DNA of 64,000 nt. Origin: Candidatus Bathyarchaeota archaeon (GTDB lineage Archaea; Thermoproteota; CALKCG01; B24; DRYS01). The stretch is taken from assembly GCA_018396535.1 (NCBI GenBank), contig JAGTQC010000004.1:1-64000 (forward strand). Reading direction: 5' to 3'. This document shows, piece by piece, positions 29,729 through 40,144 of the stretch. The position numbers and the translations under genes are program-made. The notes under the pieces were generated by a model, which was not told the origin of the DNA, ran no database searches, and saw only the letters and a program-made list of their open reading frames with translations. Each line of letters opens with the position of its first letter. Position 1 is the stretch's first letter.

Positions 29729-31513
29729 ATGAGGTGGTATCAGGGATTGAAAACATCTCTCGCTAGACTCTTCGCATACATGGTTAGAGAGAAGAAGACG
29801 CTAGCATCATTCCTAATAGTCAGTGTAACAGGCATCGCTGCAAGTATGCTTGTACCATGGGTCGTAAGAGATATGGTAAACTATATAATCTCGCTAATAG
29901 GTACTGGAAACTTCAACTTATCCATCATGATCTTCTATGCTTCAGCTCTCGTATCTCTATTCGTCGCATCAGGTTTCCTAGAGTTCCTAGATAGATACTT
30001 TTCAGAGCTTCTATCACAGAAAGTTATCTTTAGACTTAGAGTTGATCTATACAGCCACCTACAGGATCTATCATATGGGTTCTACGATAAGATCGATACA
30101 GGTCAAATAATACTGAGAACAACCGGTGATATGGATACTATAGGTAGGTTCATAGGCTTCTCCTTCTCGCGTCTAATACACTCTATACTAACGTTCATCA
30201 TAGCTATAACAATACTGCTATCAATCAACGCAGAACTCACCGTGATAGCTTTCATAATACTTCCATTACTCACCTTCGTCGTGATAGTATTCAATAGAAA
30301 GATAGCTCCTATACTAGAGGAGCAGTGGACAGTTTTCAGCCGCTTCAATACGGTGATCAAAGAGTATATAACCGGTATGCGTGTGGTTAAAGCATTAGGT
30401 CTCGAACCTGTATTCAGAGATAACTATATGGATAAAGCTGATAGAGTTTACGATCTAAGAGTATCCTTCGCTAAATTCGCATCGTTTATGTGGCCTTCGA
30501 TAGGTTTACTATCAGGTATAGCGAGCGTTCTAGTATACGTTTACGGAGGGTTTAAAGTTATATCTCATACGCTAAGCCTCGGTGATCTAGTAGCCTTCAT
30601 AACATACCTATCGATGCTTAACAGGCCTATCATATCCTTCGGTTTCTTCATCATAAACTATAAGAGAGCTATGGTCTCGGCGAGTAAGATATTCGAAGTA
30701 CTCGATGCAGAACCTGAAGTTAGGGAGGAACCTGAAGCTATAGAGCTTAGAGAGGTTAAAGGTGCTATAGAGTTTAGAAACGTGACGTTTGGATACGTCG
30801 AAGAGAAACCTGTATTGAAGGGTATATCGTTTAAGATAAGGCCTGGAGAGAAGGTAGCTATCGTCGGAGGTACAGGATCTGGTAAAAGTACTATACTTAA
30901 ACTTATACCTAGATTCTACGACCCATGGAGTGGGCAAGTGCTTATAGATGGTATCGATGTTAGGAAGGTTAAGCTATCCTCTCTAAGAAGGCATATAGGT
31001 ATAGTGCACCAGGATGTATTCATATTCTCAGGTACTATAAAGGATAATATAGCCTATGGCAAGCCTAACGCTAAGATGGATGAGATAATAGAAGCCGCAC
31101 GTATAGCAGGTATCCACGACTTCATATCCCAGCTACCTAGAGGCTATGAGACACCTGTAGCAGAGCGTGGTATAACACTCTCAGGAGGACAGAGGCAGAG
31201 GATAGCTATAGCTAGAGCTATACTCATGAACCCGGAGATTCTACTACTAGATGATCCGACTTCAAACCTAGATGCAGAGACTGAAGCTCGCGTAGTCGAA
31301 GCTTTAAAGAAGCTTATCGAGGATAGAACAGCGATAATCGTTACACAGAGGCTTTCGACACTTAAACTCGCAGATAGGATACTAGTCTTAGATAAGGGTG
31401 AGATAGTAGAGGATGGTACTCATGAAGAACTTCTCAGTAAAGGTGGGGTATACGCTAGGCTATACATGTCGCAGTTCGCCCATCAGGAGGCGTTACTAGC
31501 TAGGGAGGTGTAA
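29729..31513 (+). CDS. ABC exporter half-transporter (TMD+NBD), subunit 1
   Basis: TM region then GGTGSGKS, LSGGQ, non-canonical LLLDD and Q in place of the switch His: the degenerate site of a heterodimeric exporter. Confidence 0.9.
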   Translation: MRWYQGLKTSLARLFAYMVREKKTLASFLIVSVTGIAASMLVPWVVRDMVNYIISLIGTGNFNLSIMIFYASALVSLFVASGFLEFLDRYFSELLSQKVIFRLRVDLYSHLQDLSYGFYDKIDTGQIILRTTGDMDTIGRFIGFSFSRLIHSILTFIIAITILLSINAELTVIAFIILPLLTFVVIVFNRKIAPILEEQWTVFSRFNTVIKEYITGMRVVKALGLEPVFRDNYMDKADRVYDLRVSFAKFASFMWPSIGLLSGIASVLVYVYGGFKVISHTLSLGDLVAFITYLSMLNRPIISFGFFIINYKRAMVSASKIFEVLDAEPEVREEPEAIELREVKGAIEFRNVTFGYVEEKPVLKGISFKIRPGEKVAIVGGTGSGKSTILKLIPRFYDPWSGQVLIDGIDVRKVKLSSLRRHIGIVHQDVFIFSGTIKDNIAYGKPNAKMDEIIEAARIAGIHDFISQLPRGYETPVAERGITLSGGQRQRIAIARAILMNPEILLLDDPTSNLDAETEARVVEALKKLIEDRTAIIVTQRLSTLKLADRILVLDKGEIVEDGTHEELLSKGGVYARLYMSQFAHQEALLAREV

Positions 31514-31517
31514 CGCG

Positions 31518-33338
31518 ATGGCTCACCCCCCACATATTCATAGATACATAACCATGGAGGAGAAGGGTAGACCTAGAGAATCCACTATTAAGCTTATACA
31601 ACGTCTACTATCACTGATAGTTAGGTATAAGCTTAGATTATCCATACTACTAATCTCGGCAAGCCTTTCGATTATCCTAAACCTATACACACCCTATATA
31701 GGCCGTCTACTCATAGATCAGGGTATAATGGCTGCTAATGTAGATAATATGATTAGGTATGGTATACTCCTCGCATCCATAGCTTTCACAGGATGGTGTG
31801 CAGGTGTTTCCAGATTTTACATGCTATCATGGATTACTCAGAAACTACTATACGATCTTAGGAAGCTCATGTTTGAGAAGTCTATGCAACTAGACTACGG
31901 ATACTTCTCATCGATAGAGCCTGGGCAGATTATATCGAGGTTCACGAATGATGTCGATACCGTAGGTGAAACAGCTACATCCGGCCTCCTAGATACTCTA
32001 TTCAACAGCTTCACCATAATCGGTGCTATAATCGCTATGCTATCGATAAACTGGAAGCTCACTATAGCCGTATTCTTCATGATGCCGCTGATCATCTTCA
32101 CCGTTATAACTATAGCTGAGAGGAGTAGGGCTGCGTATAGGGTGGTTAGAAGTAAGGTTGGAGAACTTACATCTAAGGTTGAGGAGAGTATATCCGGTAT
32201 TAGGGAGGCTCAATCATATAGCGAAAGGAGACGTATAGATGTAGAATCCTTCAGCCGTATAGGCTTAGAAGTTATGCAAGCTAATATACGTGCTACTAAG
32301 GTTATCGGTCTCATGAACCCTCTGATGAACTTGATAAGGGGTGGAGCTATAGCTATAATCATAGTCTACGGAGGATACCTCGTATCTATAGGTGAAGCTA
32401 CGATCGGATCCCTAGTAGCATTCTACAGCTATCTCGAGATGTTCTTCGGTCCGATAACTATGGTAGCTTTATTCTACAATACATTTCAATCTGCTCTAGC
32501 CGCAGCTGAGAGGATATTCGATTTCATAGATGCTAAACCATCAGTTGTAGAAGCTTCAGATGCTATCGATCTCGAGATAGAGAAGGGTGAGATAACGCTT
32601 GAAGATGTATACTTCAGCTATGATAATACCCCCGTCTTCCAGGATTTCAACCTAAGGATAAAGCCGGGGGAGATCTTAGCAGTCGTAGGACCTACAGGTG
32701 CTGGTAAGACTACCCTAGCTAACCTTATCCTAAGATTATACGATCCTCAGAAGGGTAGAATTACCGTGGATGGTGTGGATATCAGGAAGATTAAGATATC
32801 ATCCCTACGTAGGCAGACAGCTCTAGTACCTCAAGAGCCTATACTATTCGAGGATACTGTTATAGGAAATATAAGATATGGTAGGCCTGATGCATCTGAT
32901 GAAGAGATAACCGAAGCTATACGGAGGCTCGGGTTAGAAGAGCTTATAGAGAGGCTTCCTGAAGGGCTATATACACGTGTAACTGAGGGTGGAGCAAACC
33001 TATCGGTCGGTCAGAGACAGCTTATAAATATAGCTAGAGCTTTGATAAGGAATCCAAAGATAGTGGTATTAGATGAAGCTACTAGTAGCGTTGATCCATA
33101 TACTGAGAGTCTAATACAGAAAGCTTTAAAGAAGCTTCTAGAAAACAGGACGTGCATAATAATAGCTCATAGGCTATCGACCACATTCCTAGCGGATAGG
33201 GTTATAGTACTCGAGAATGGTAGGATAGTAGAAGAGGGCTCCCATATAGATTTACTTAGGATGGGCGGGGTGTATGCTAAGCTATACGAGGCTCAGCTTG
33301 GAGAAGCAGTTAAAGCTATAAGAATGGCTTCTGGGTGA
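31518..33338 (+). CDS. ABC exporter half-transporter (TMD+NBD), subunit 2
   Basis: GPTGAGKT, LSVGQ (degenerate signature), LDEATS, AHRLST; TM287/288-like pair with the upstream gene. Confidence 0.9.
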   Translation: MAHPPHIHRYITMEEKGRPRESTIKLIQRLLSLIVRYKLRLSILLISASLSIILNLYTPYIGRLLIDQGIMAANVDNMIRYGILLASIAFTGWCAGVSRFYMLSWITQKLLYDLRKLMFEKSMQLDYGYFSSIEPGQIISRFTNDVDTVGETATSGLLDTLFNSFTIIGAIIAMLSINWKLTIAVFFMMPLIIFTVITIAERSRAAYRVVRSKVGELTSKVEESISGIREAQSYSERRRIDVESFSRIGLEVMQANIRATKVIGLMNPLMNLIRGGAIAIIIVYGGYLVSIGEATIGSLVAFYSYLEMFFGPITMVALFYNTFQSALAAAERIFDFIDAKPSVVEASDAIDLEIEKGEITLEDVYFSYDNTPVFQDFNLRIKPGEILAVVGPTGAGKTTLANLILRLYDPQKGRITVDGVDIRKIKISSLRRQTALVPQEPILFEDTVIGNIRYGRPDASDEEITEAIRRLGLEELIERLPEGLYTRVTEGGANLSVGQRQLINIARALIRNPKIVVLDEATSSVDPYTESLIQKALKKLLENRTCIIIAHRLSTTFLADRVIVLENGRIVEEGSHIDLLRMGGVYAKLYEAQLGEAVKAIRMASG

Positions 33339-33465
33339 CCATTCAACCTTCCCAATTATACTATCATATATACCCCCTATTTAGTTAAACAGTCTTTCAA
33401 GGATGTGTACGCTTCTCTTAAGTAAGTTACGTTAATAAACTATGTCTAACATAATTCTATTGGGT

Positions 33466-33918
33466 ATGCAGATACATTTAGATGAGGTGGATAGACGGAT
33501 ACTCGAAATACTCCAGTATAATGCACGTACACCGCTTAAACGTATAGCTTCAGCTTTAAACGTAAGTGAGGGTACAGTACATATCCGTCTAAAGAGGCTT
33601 ATAGCTAACGGTGTTATAAAAGGCTTCTATACTATCCTAGATGAGGAGAAGCTAGGCTACAACGTTAAAGCTATAGTAGCTTTAAAAGCAGATCCGTCGA
33701 TGTATAGCCGTATACTCGAATCTCTTAAGGATATAGACGGTATAACAGAGATATACGATGTGACAGGTGAATACTATGCTATACTAAAGGTTAAAGCTAC
33801 TAGTAGAGAGGAGCTTGCAAGCATAATAGATCGTATAGGCTCTATAAAGGGTGTACAATCTACGTCGACTATGATAATATTACGTACCATAAAGGAGGAT
33901 CCAACTCTCAAGATCTAG
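33466..33918 (+). CDS. Lrp/AsnC family transcriptional regulator
   Basis: LDEVDRRILEILQYNAR HTH, GVIKGF, YDVTGEY. Start set at MQIHLD (ORF track start 33442). Confidence 0.9.
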   Translation: MQIHLDEVDRRILEILQYNARTPLKRIASALNVSEGTVHIRLKRLIANGVIKGFYTILDEEKLGYNVKAIVALKADPSMYSRILESLKDIDGITEIYDVTGEYYAILKVKATSREELASIIDRIGSIKGVQSTSTMIILRTIKEDPTLKI

Positions 33919-35470
33919 TACTCCTAGTACGTGGAGGATTCGGTAGCCTACCTATCTTCCTCCTAACCTCCTTAGGCCATTTATCGTAGTCGAATCCATG
34001 TTGAGCTAGGAAAGCTGTAACCCATCTTGTTAAACCGAATCCAGCACATCCAGTCCAAACCTCCCTATCCTTAACCTCATGTATGTTGAAGCTTCTAACA
34101 TACTTATCCTTAGCGCACGTATACGCCCCTATCTCTAACCACTCACTCTCACTCCGGCTACCCCTATAGGGAAGCCACGCTTCTAGATCGACTGTCGGAT
34201 AGCCCTCAGGACTAGATATATCCACATAGGTTCTACCTGCCTCCTCGCTACTCATATAGAACGGTGCGCCTACCACCATTCTCACCTCAAGCTCTAATAG
34301 TTTATCTGCAAGCTTATAGGATTCCTCAGCAACCCTATCCCTAAGCTCTACAGCATCGCTTCTAGATGTAAGCCAGACTGCCTCAAGTCTATAGAACTCT
34401 ATGGTACGCTCCAACCCTCTAACACCCTTACCCTCCCACCTCCACGTCCATCCACTCTGATCGTAAACCTTAACTGGTAGATCCTCATCTACATCGATAT
34501 ACTCGCCTGAGAAGAACTGGTAGAACGGCGTACACTGTGCAGGTTCTAAGACGTATAGAGGCCCTTCAAGCTCCCTCCTCAGAGATTCTACATCTACCTC
34601 CCTTCTAGTGATGAAATTCCTCTTGAAATCTGCTAAGGCATCTTCACGTCTAGGTGGAACCATACAGTATATCATACCTTCAGCTAGATGATCTAGGTAT
34701 CCAGGCATTCTAGCTATAACAGAGAGAGGTGTGAGTTTAGGTAGCATCCACTCCTCGAAGCCTAGAGGGTTCAGTACACCATCTACTATCATAGATTTTA
34801 TAGCGTTTAGTAGACTGGTTATCGGAGCTGTAAGTATCCATTGACCCCTACCTGGATAGCGTTTAGCCCATCCAAGCTTAACTATAAACTCGGCTACATC
34901 CCCCTCAAACTCGATTTCCTTCTCTCCAGTATACTTTAACGTATATCCTAACGGTACGAGGTTAGCTTCTACAAGCTCAGCGGGTTTAGACTTCACCTCA
35001 GATAACGCTATGCTAACTATTCTATCGATAACCCTATTCTCTAGATCTCTCTCATCGATATTATGGAATTCGATCACGGAATATCCATCCATATTACGGA
35101 TGGTAGCCATCCCTCCAGCCATCGATACTACACTACTATAGTCAGCTTTCGGTAGACCTTCGATCAAGTATTTATCGATTATTAACCCTCTAATACCTAT
35201 CTTATGTTCCCTACCCAGCTTCTCCGATAGATACCTCCTAATCCTAAGGAGAGCATCATGAGCTCTTACATAACGATCAGATACTATACGTAGCTTAAGA
35301 TACTGTCCATCTATACTCCACCACTCTATCCTCGCCCCCTCAGCTTTAGCAGGCGCCCCCCTCCTAAGGAGAGGCTTAACTTCATCCAGATACTCAGATA
35401 GCTTAGTAGCTATATCCTCTAAGCTACGGCTAGCCTTGATGCTAGCCTCAAGTTTAAACAAGATATTCAT
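33908..35470 (-). CDS. serS: Serine--tRNA ligase, methanogen-type (type 2, Zn-dependent)
   Basis: N-terminal SDRYVRAHDALLR...LG...IGIRG domain, PGRGQW, PAQCTPFY, SGWTWRWEG, EFYRLE, WTGCAGFG..RW...FLAQHG. Confidence 0.92.
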   Translation of the reverse strand: MNILFKLEASIKASRSLEDIATKLSEYLDEVKPLLRRGAPAKAEGARIEWWSIDGQYLKLRIVSDRYVRAHDALLRIRRYLSEKLGREHKIGIRGLIIDKYLIEGLPKADYSSVVSMAGGMATIRNMDGYSVIEFHNIDERDLENRVIDRIVSIALSEVKSKPAELVEANLVPLGYTLKYTGEKEIEFEGDVAEFIVKLGWAKRYPGRGQWILTAPITSLLNAIKSMIVDGVLNPLGFEEWMLPKLTPLSVIARMPGYLDHLAEGMIYCMVPPRREDALADFKRNFITRREVDVESLRRELEGPLYVLEPAQCTPFYQFFSGEYIDVDEDLPVKVYDQSGWTWRWEGKGVRGLERTIEFYRLEAVWLTSRSDAVELRDRVAEESYKLADKLLELEVRMVVGAPFYMSSEEAGRTYVDISSPEGYPTVDLEAWLPYRGSRSESEWLEIGAYTCAKDKYVRSFNIHEVKDREVWTGCAGFGLTRWVTAFLAQHGFDYDKWPKEVRRKIGRLPNPPRTRSTRS

Positions 35471-35561
35471 AGCAGAGCGGCTCCCTACAGATAGCTAAGG
35501 CTAAAAAGGTTTAAACGGGATATATATGTGTATAGTTAGGCTAAACTATTAACCTAACTTA

Positions 35562-36110
35562 CTATAGCTGTTTAACATATACATTGTATGCATCCAGTAT
35601 AAGTTTAGCTACTATAGCTGCATCCAATCCTGTCGTATTCAGTACAAGGTGATAGAGGCATGGATCAAGCCAATTCAACCTATAGAATCTTCTAACGAGA
35701 GCTTCACGTTCATCATCACTAACTTCTATCTCCCTCATAGCTTCAGCTAGGCTTACACCCCTAACCTTAGATATATGCTCAGCTCTAGCCCTCTTATCTG
35801 CTACCAATAATACCTTCAGGAAATTCCTTCTAGGTATAAGAAAGAATGCAGCCCTACCCTCTACTATAACCTTACTCTCAGCGTTAACAACCTCGTATGT
35901 ATAACTTTCAAGTATCCTATCAAGGTTTATCTCACCAGACCTTATATGCTCCTGAAAGCCTGCGAAGCTCTCCCCTCTCTCGATTACAAGCTTCTTAATT
36001 ATACTCTCACTATTATAGACCTTAGCCCCCGTCTCGTTAGATATAGCTTCAGCTACCTCTGTACATCCAGCTCCAAGCTGTCCGGCTAAAGCTATCTTAA
36101 GAGTGGACAT
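35562..36110 (-). CDS. Cytidylate kinase-like protein
   Basis: IALAGQLGAGCTEVA P-loop variant, VEGR, YHLVLNT. Confidence 0.8.
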   Translation of the reverse strand: MSTLKIALAGQLGAGCTEVAEAISNETGAKVYNSESIIKKLVIERGESFAGFQEHIRSGEINLDRILESYTYEVVNAESKVIVEGRAAFFLIPRRNFLKVLLVADKRARAEHISKVRGVSLAEAMREIEVSDDEREALVRRFYRLNWLDPCLYHLVLNTTGLDAAIVAKLILDAYNVYVKQL

Positions 36111-36168
36111 CGTAAATTATTTAGTTGAGACGAAATTTAAGTTTTAGCTTTTGATAGAAATTTCTGAT

Positions 36169-36930
36169 ATGCATAGCGATGTAAGAGTCGTGCAGATTAT
36201 AGGTGTTAAACTTCCTGAGATAAGATTCGGTGATGATATAGGCTGTCTAATAGTCGATGCATGTAGGAAGCAGAGTGTTAAACTCGAGGATGGTGATATA
36301 GTAGTCGTAACTCATAAGATAGTATCTAAAGCTGAAGGCTATCTATACAGGCTTAGCGATATCCATCCATCGATATTCGCTGAGAGGATTAGCTTAGAAC
36401 TTGGGAAGGATCCTAGACACGTAGAGTTGATTCTCAGACAGGCTAGACGTATAGTTAAGATGAGAGGTCCACATATAATAACCGAGACTATACATGGATT
36501 CGTATGCGCTAACAGCGCCGTAGATCTATCCAATGTATCAGGTGGGGATACAGCCGTAACTCTACCTGAAAACCCAGATTCATCCGCTATGAGGATAGGT
36601 TTAAGGATAAGAGAGCTTACAGGTGTAGACGTGGCTGTTATTATAAGTGATACATTCGGTAGAGCTTGGCGTAGAGGTCTCACAGATGTAGCAGTAGGTG
36701 TATGGAATATGAAGCCTCTACTAGACTATAGGGGTTTAAGAGATCCGTATGGTTATGAGCTTAGAGCAACAGTTGTAGCTGTAGCAGATGAGGTAGCATC
36801 AGCTGCAGAACTCGTAATGGGTAAGACCGAGGGTATACCCGTAGCTATAGTTAAAGGTGTTAGATACGAGAAGGGTGAGGGATCGTTTAGAGATCTTGTA
36901 AGACCATTAGAGGAGGATCTATTTAGGTAG
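36169..36930 (+). CDS. cofE: Coenzyme F420-0:L-glutamate ligase
   Basis: LPEI..GDD, KIVSKAEG, VCANSAVD.SN, SDTFGRAWRRG, ADEVASAAELVMGK, DLFR. ORF track start 36151. Confidence 0.92.
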   Translation: MHSDVRVVQIIGVKLPEIRFGDDIGCLIVDACRKQSVKLEDGDIVVVTHKIVSKAEGYLYRLSDIHPSIFAERISLELGKDPRHVELILRQARRIVKMRGPHIITETIHGFVCANSAVDLSNVSGGDTAVTLPENPDSSAMRIGLRIRELTGVDVAVIISDTFGRAWRRGLTDVAVGVWNMKPLLDYRGLRDPYGYELRATVVAVADEVASAAELVMGKTEGIPVAIVKGVRYEKGEGSFRDLVRPLEEDLFR

Positions 36931-37437
36931 ATTAACCTCTTCAAGCTCCTCTATCCTACGTATAAACCTCCTAGTAGTAGGTCCTGGAAGCTGTACGCTA
37001 ATCTTTCTATCCTTTAAAACTATCATAGGATCCACCATTATAACCTCATACCACTCATACATCCCATCCTCGTATACGTAGTAGCATCCTATAGGTTTAA
37101 GATTCGGATACTTCCTCTGCGCTCTATACACCGCTATCTCCTCCTTAGATATCTCCCGCTTAATCTTCTTAACACCTAGCGCTTTAGGTCTCCTACCAGA
37201 TCTAGGTCTAGGCTTCTCTCCTGAACCCTTACGTACACGAACCCTAACTACGATAAACCCCCTCTTAGCTTTATAACCAAGCTTCCTAGCCGTATGTAGT
37301 TTAGTCGGTTTATCAACTCTAACTACAGCTGGCTGGCTCCTCCACTCTATCATACGGCTACGCATAATATCCTTTATAGGCTCATGGAATGATCTACGCC
37401 ATAGCTCAGATAACGCTTTATACATCGTCAACGTCAT
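36919..37437 (-). CDS. rpl15e: 50S ribosomal protein L15e
   Basis: WR.QP.VVR..KPT...AR.LGYKAK.G..VVRVRVRKG, GRRPK, YEVIMVDP. Confidence 0.95.
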   Translation of the reverse strand: MTLTMYKALSELWRRSFHEPIKDIMRSRMIEWRSQPAVVRVDKPTKLHTARKLGYKAKRGFIVVRVRVRKGSGEKPRPRSGRRPKALGVKKIKREISKEEIAVYRAQRKYPNLKPIGCYYVYEDGMYEWYEVIMVDPMIVLKDRKISVQLPGPTTRRFIRRIEELEEVNLPK

Positions 37438-37519
37438 ATCCCGATCCTACTTCTTGAAAGAGGGATAGAACAGGTTTAGATAAATATTTCTCAGTTAGTA
37501 GAATCTCATCTTCTCAAGC

Positions 37520-39655
37520 CTATTTTGAAAACTTTGTTACACCCTTCGCTACCCTAACTTCATTGAATATTCCATCCCTATAGTATAGTAGGGTTCCAGG
37601 CGCCTCGCTCTCTATGAAGATCTCTCCATCAGCTTCGATCATTCTGATAGGATATGGTGGAAGCATATACTCCTTCAAACCTACGATAGCCGATTCGTTA
37701 CGTATAGGTGTAAACACCATTATCTCAGTCTCAAGCTCTCTGAGAGATACGTTAACCCCGCTTCCAGGCTTAACTACGCTATAACTTTCATCGAACACCC
37801 TATAGCATAGATATTCCCCATCATCCACCTTGAACGGTAGTATATCTAGCTTCACATAATCGTTTAGAGTAGAACCCTCCTTATACACGTTGAATAACGC
37901 TATAGCTGCATATCCTCTAACAGTCGATGCTATCTTCAATATTATAGGCTCGTTATACGGGTCTCTTAGTAGTATATCACGAGTAGGTAATCCAGGTTTA
38001 TCAACTCTAACAATCCTACCATCTGGTAGGATAATCCTCCTAAGTAAATCTACATCCGTTTTCTCAGGATGCCTATCCGTTATGTATACCGGTCCACCGC
38101 TGAATATTCTAGCTACGAGATGCATCTTCGCATATGGATCATACGATATGAACATATCGTAATCTGGGTAGGCTATATTACTAAAGAATAGAGCGTTGTA
38201 TACGCTGAATAGTGTATGTAGCTTAGCATCAGCCTTCCAGAATGGTATATAATCTATCGATACCCTCATAGCGTTGCTAAATAGGAAGTAGCTGTAATCC
38301 TCTGGAGCCATACACATACAATTCAATATATCTAGATCGTTAGCGTATGCAGATATCTGCATAGCTAGCTGTATATTCCTAGAAGCTACACCGACAGGAT
38401 AATCACCTAGATATAAGCTATGGATAATCCATTGATTATCTATTTTAACGAAATCGAATCCAGATTCCTTAACCCAGGAGAAGAACCGATTATAGAATTC
38501 GTAAGCTCCATCCATACTAGCTGGTGGGACATAGCTATCTGTAAACCTCGATCTATACCCGTCGATACATAGCTCTCTGATAACCTCCTCCTCAACCCCT
38601 CCCCAATGGATGTTTATAGTATGCCATAAACCTACAAGCTCTACACCTAACTTCTTCAGATCCGTAGTAAGACTCTTCAACCCTCTCGGGAATCTATCGT
38701 TAGCTGAAAGCCTTCTTAACACTCTACGAGGCCACTTATCCCTAGATACTTCATCCTGCCATCCATCATCTATTATAACCCAACTGATAGGTATACCCCT
38801 AGCCTTTAAGCCTTCGACGATCCTAATCACGTTCTCATGCGATAGATCATCCGTTAGTAGAGCATTCCATGAGCACCATCCTAATTTATCCATGAATATA
38901 GGTATCCTCTTTCTATCCCTACACTTAAACACAGATGAAGATGCCGCTATCTCTACACATCTATCTACAGCTCTATATGGATCGCTATCTAGAGCGATAG
39001 ATGCAAACCAGCTTAGATCTATCCTTCCAGTCTCTATTCCAGATAGAATCTTAAAAGTTAGATACGGCTCTATATACGAGGTTACATAACCGTTCGTAAT
39101 CGTAGCGATAGCTAGGTATGTATCACCATACGATGCTAATGTGAAGATTGTATAGTATGGAATAGCTTCGAGCCTCTCTACCACTATAGGATATGTCCAG
39201 CATGGAGCCCCTCTCACATACTCTTCGTGAGATATATAACTTAGATCATACGGATATACAGGATCATCTGGAGGCTTAGCACCTTTAGGCTCTCTATCCG
39301 TAGCAACAGGGTTATAGTATCTAAAGGCATCCGAGTAGAATCCAGCCGCACCCCTATGGGTGGTTAAAGCTAATATCCTCCTAGGACTACCTGCTTCAAC
39401 CTCTATATCGATTGGGTATAGAGCATTAAGCATCCTAGGAGAGTTTATAGATAAACCTAAACCTATACCTCCATTAAACCTAGCTACATGAATGTTAGCA
39501 TATGAATCTATACACCTATACCTGTATACCCTATAATCATCTCTCCTCCACTCTACCCCTTCAAGACTACCACTCGCTCCCGCTCCATCACTAAAGTTAA
39601 GCTTCACTGATTTAATATCCACACGTACATCCTTCGAGTCTATGACTACGACCAT
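37520..39655 (-). CDS. GH36 Sip1/raffinose-synthase-like alpha-galactosidase
   Basis: GWCSWNA, IIDDGWQ, FVKIDNQ (nucleophile), RVSIDY, PDYDMF, SGGPVYITD. Confidence 0.88.
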   Translation of the reverse strand: MVVVIDSKDVRVDIKSVKLNFSDGAGASGSLEGVEWRRDDYRVYRYRCIDSYANIHVARFNGGIGLGLSINSPRMLNALYPIDIEVEAGSPRRILALTTHRGAAGFYSDAFRYYNPVATDREPKGAKPPDDPVYPYDLSYISHEEYVRGAPCWTYPIVVERLEAIPYYTIFTLASYGDTYLAIATITNGYVTSYIEPYLTFKILSGIETGRIDLSWFASIALDSDPYRAVDRCVEIAASSSVFKCRDRKRIPIFMDKLGWCSWNALLTDDLSHENVIRIVEGLKARGIPISWVIIDDGWQDEVSRDKWPRRVLRRLSANDRFPRGLKSLTTDLKKLGVELVGLWHTINIHWGGVEEEVIRELCIDGYRSRFTDSYVPPASMDGAYEFYNRFFSWVKESGFDFVKIDNQWIIHSLYLGDYPVGVASRNIQLAMQISAYANDLDILNCMCMAPEDYSYFLFSNAMRVSIDYIPFWKADAKLHTLFSVYNALFFSNIAYPDYDMFISYDPYAKMHLVARIFSGGPVYITDRHPEKTDVDLLRRIILPDGRIVRVDKPGLPTRDILLRDPYNEPIILKIASTVRGYAAIALFNVYKEGSTLNDYVKLDILPFKVDDGEYLCYRVFDESYSVVKPGSGVNVSLRELETEIMVFTPIRNESAIVGLKEYMLPPYPIRMIEADGEIFIESEAPGTLLYYRDGIFNEVRVAKGVTKFSK

Positions 39656-39715
39656 GAAGCCCCGCCCCCATAGTCGGTGTACTCTAACCTAGGATATATA
39701 GATTACCATCATCTA

Positions 39716-40144
39716 TCAAGCATATACTCTGATTATAACTAGTACTCTAGTATCCTCCCGTCTAAGTATATCCACAACTTCTCTAGGTATATCGATCGCA
39801 GCTTTATCCGCTCTTATCATTAATGTACGACTACAGGTATAGCTACTCTTCCTGCAAACTATATCTCTAGGATGATCGGCTATAAGCTTCCCCGAGCCAT
39901 ACCCTTTCACTTCGAAGATATAGCCATCTATATCTAGAGTGAGTGTTACGATAGATCCATTCCTACATATCCATGATCTGATATCCTCATGCAGATCCCT
40001 TAAGGCTTTCTCAGCTCTAACCGCTACTATACAATCGCCTCTAGGTGTAACGTAATCATCCTTAGTTACCATTAGCGTCGATCTATGCCTAGCCATTATA
40101 TTAGGGTGACCCCAGGCATAGAAATAGTCCTCGTATACTACCAC
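39716..40144 (-). CDS. DUF371 family archaeal protein
   Basis: GHPNI.ARH..T...TKD...TPRGDCIV.V.A, RKS, ADKAA.D. Confidence 0.85.
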   Translation of the reverse strand: MVVYEDYFYAWGHPNIMARHRSTLMVTKDDYVTPRGDCIVAVRAEKALRDLHEDIRSWICRNGSIVTLTLDIDGYIFEVKGYGSGKLIADHPRDIVCRKSSYTCSRTLMIRADKAAIDIPREVVDILRREDTRVLVIIRVYA

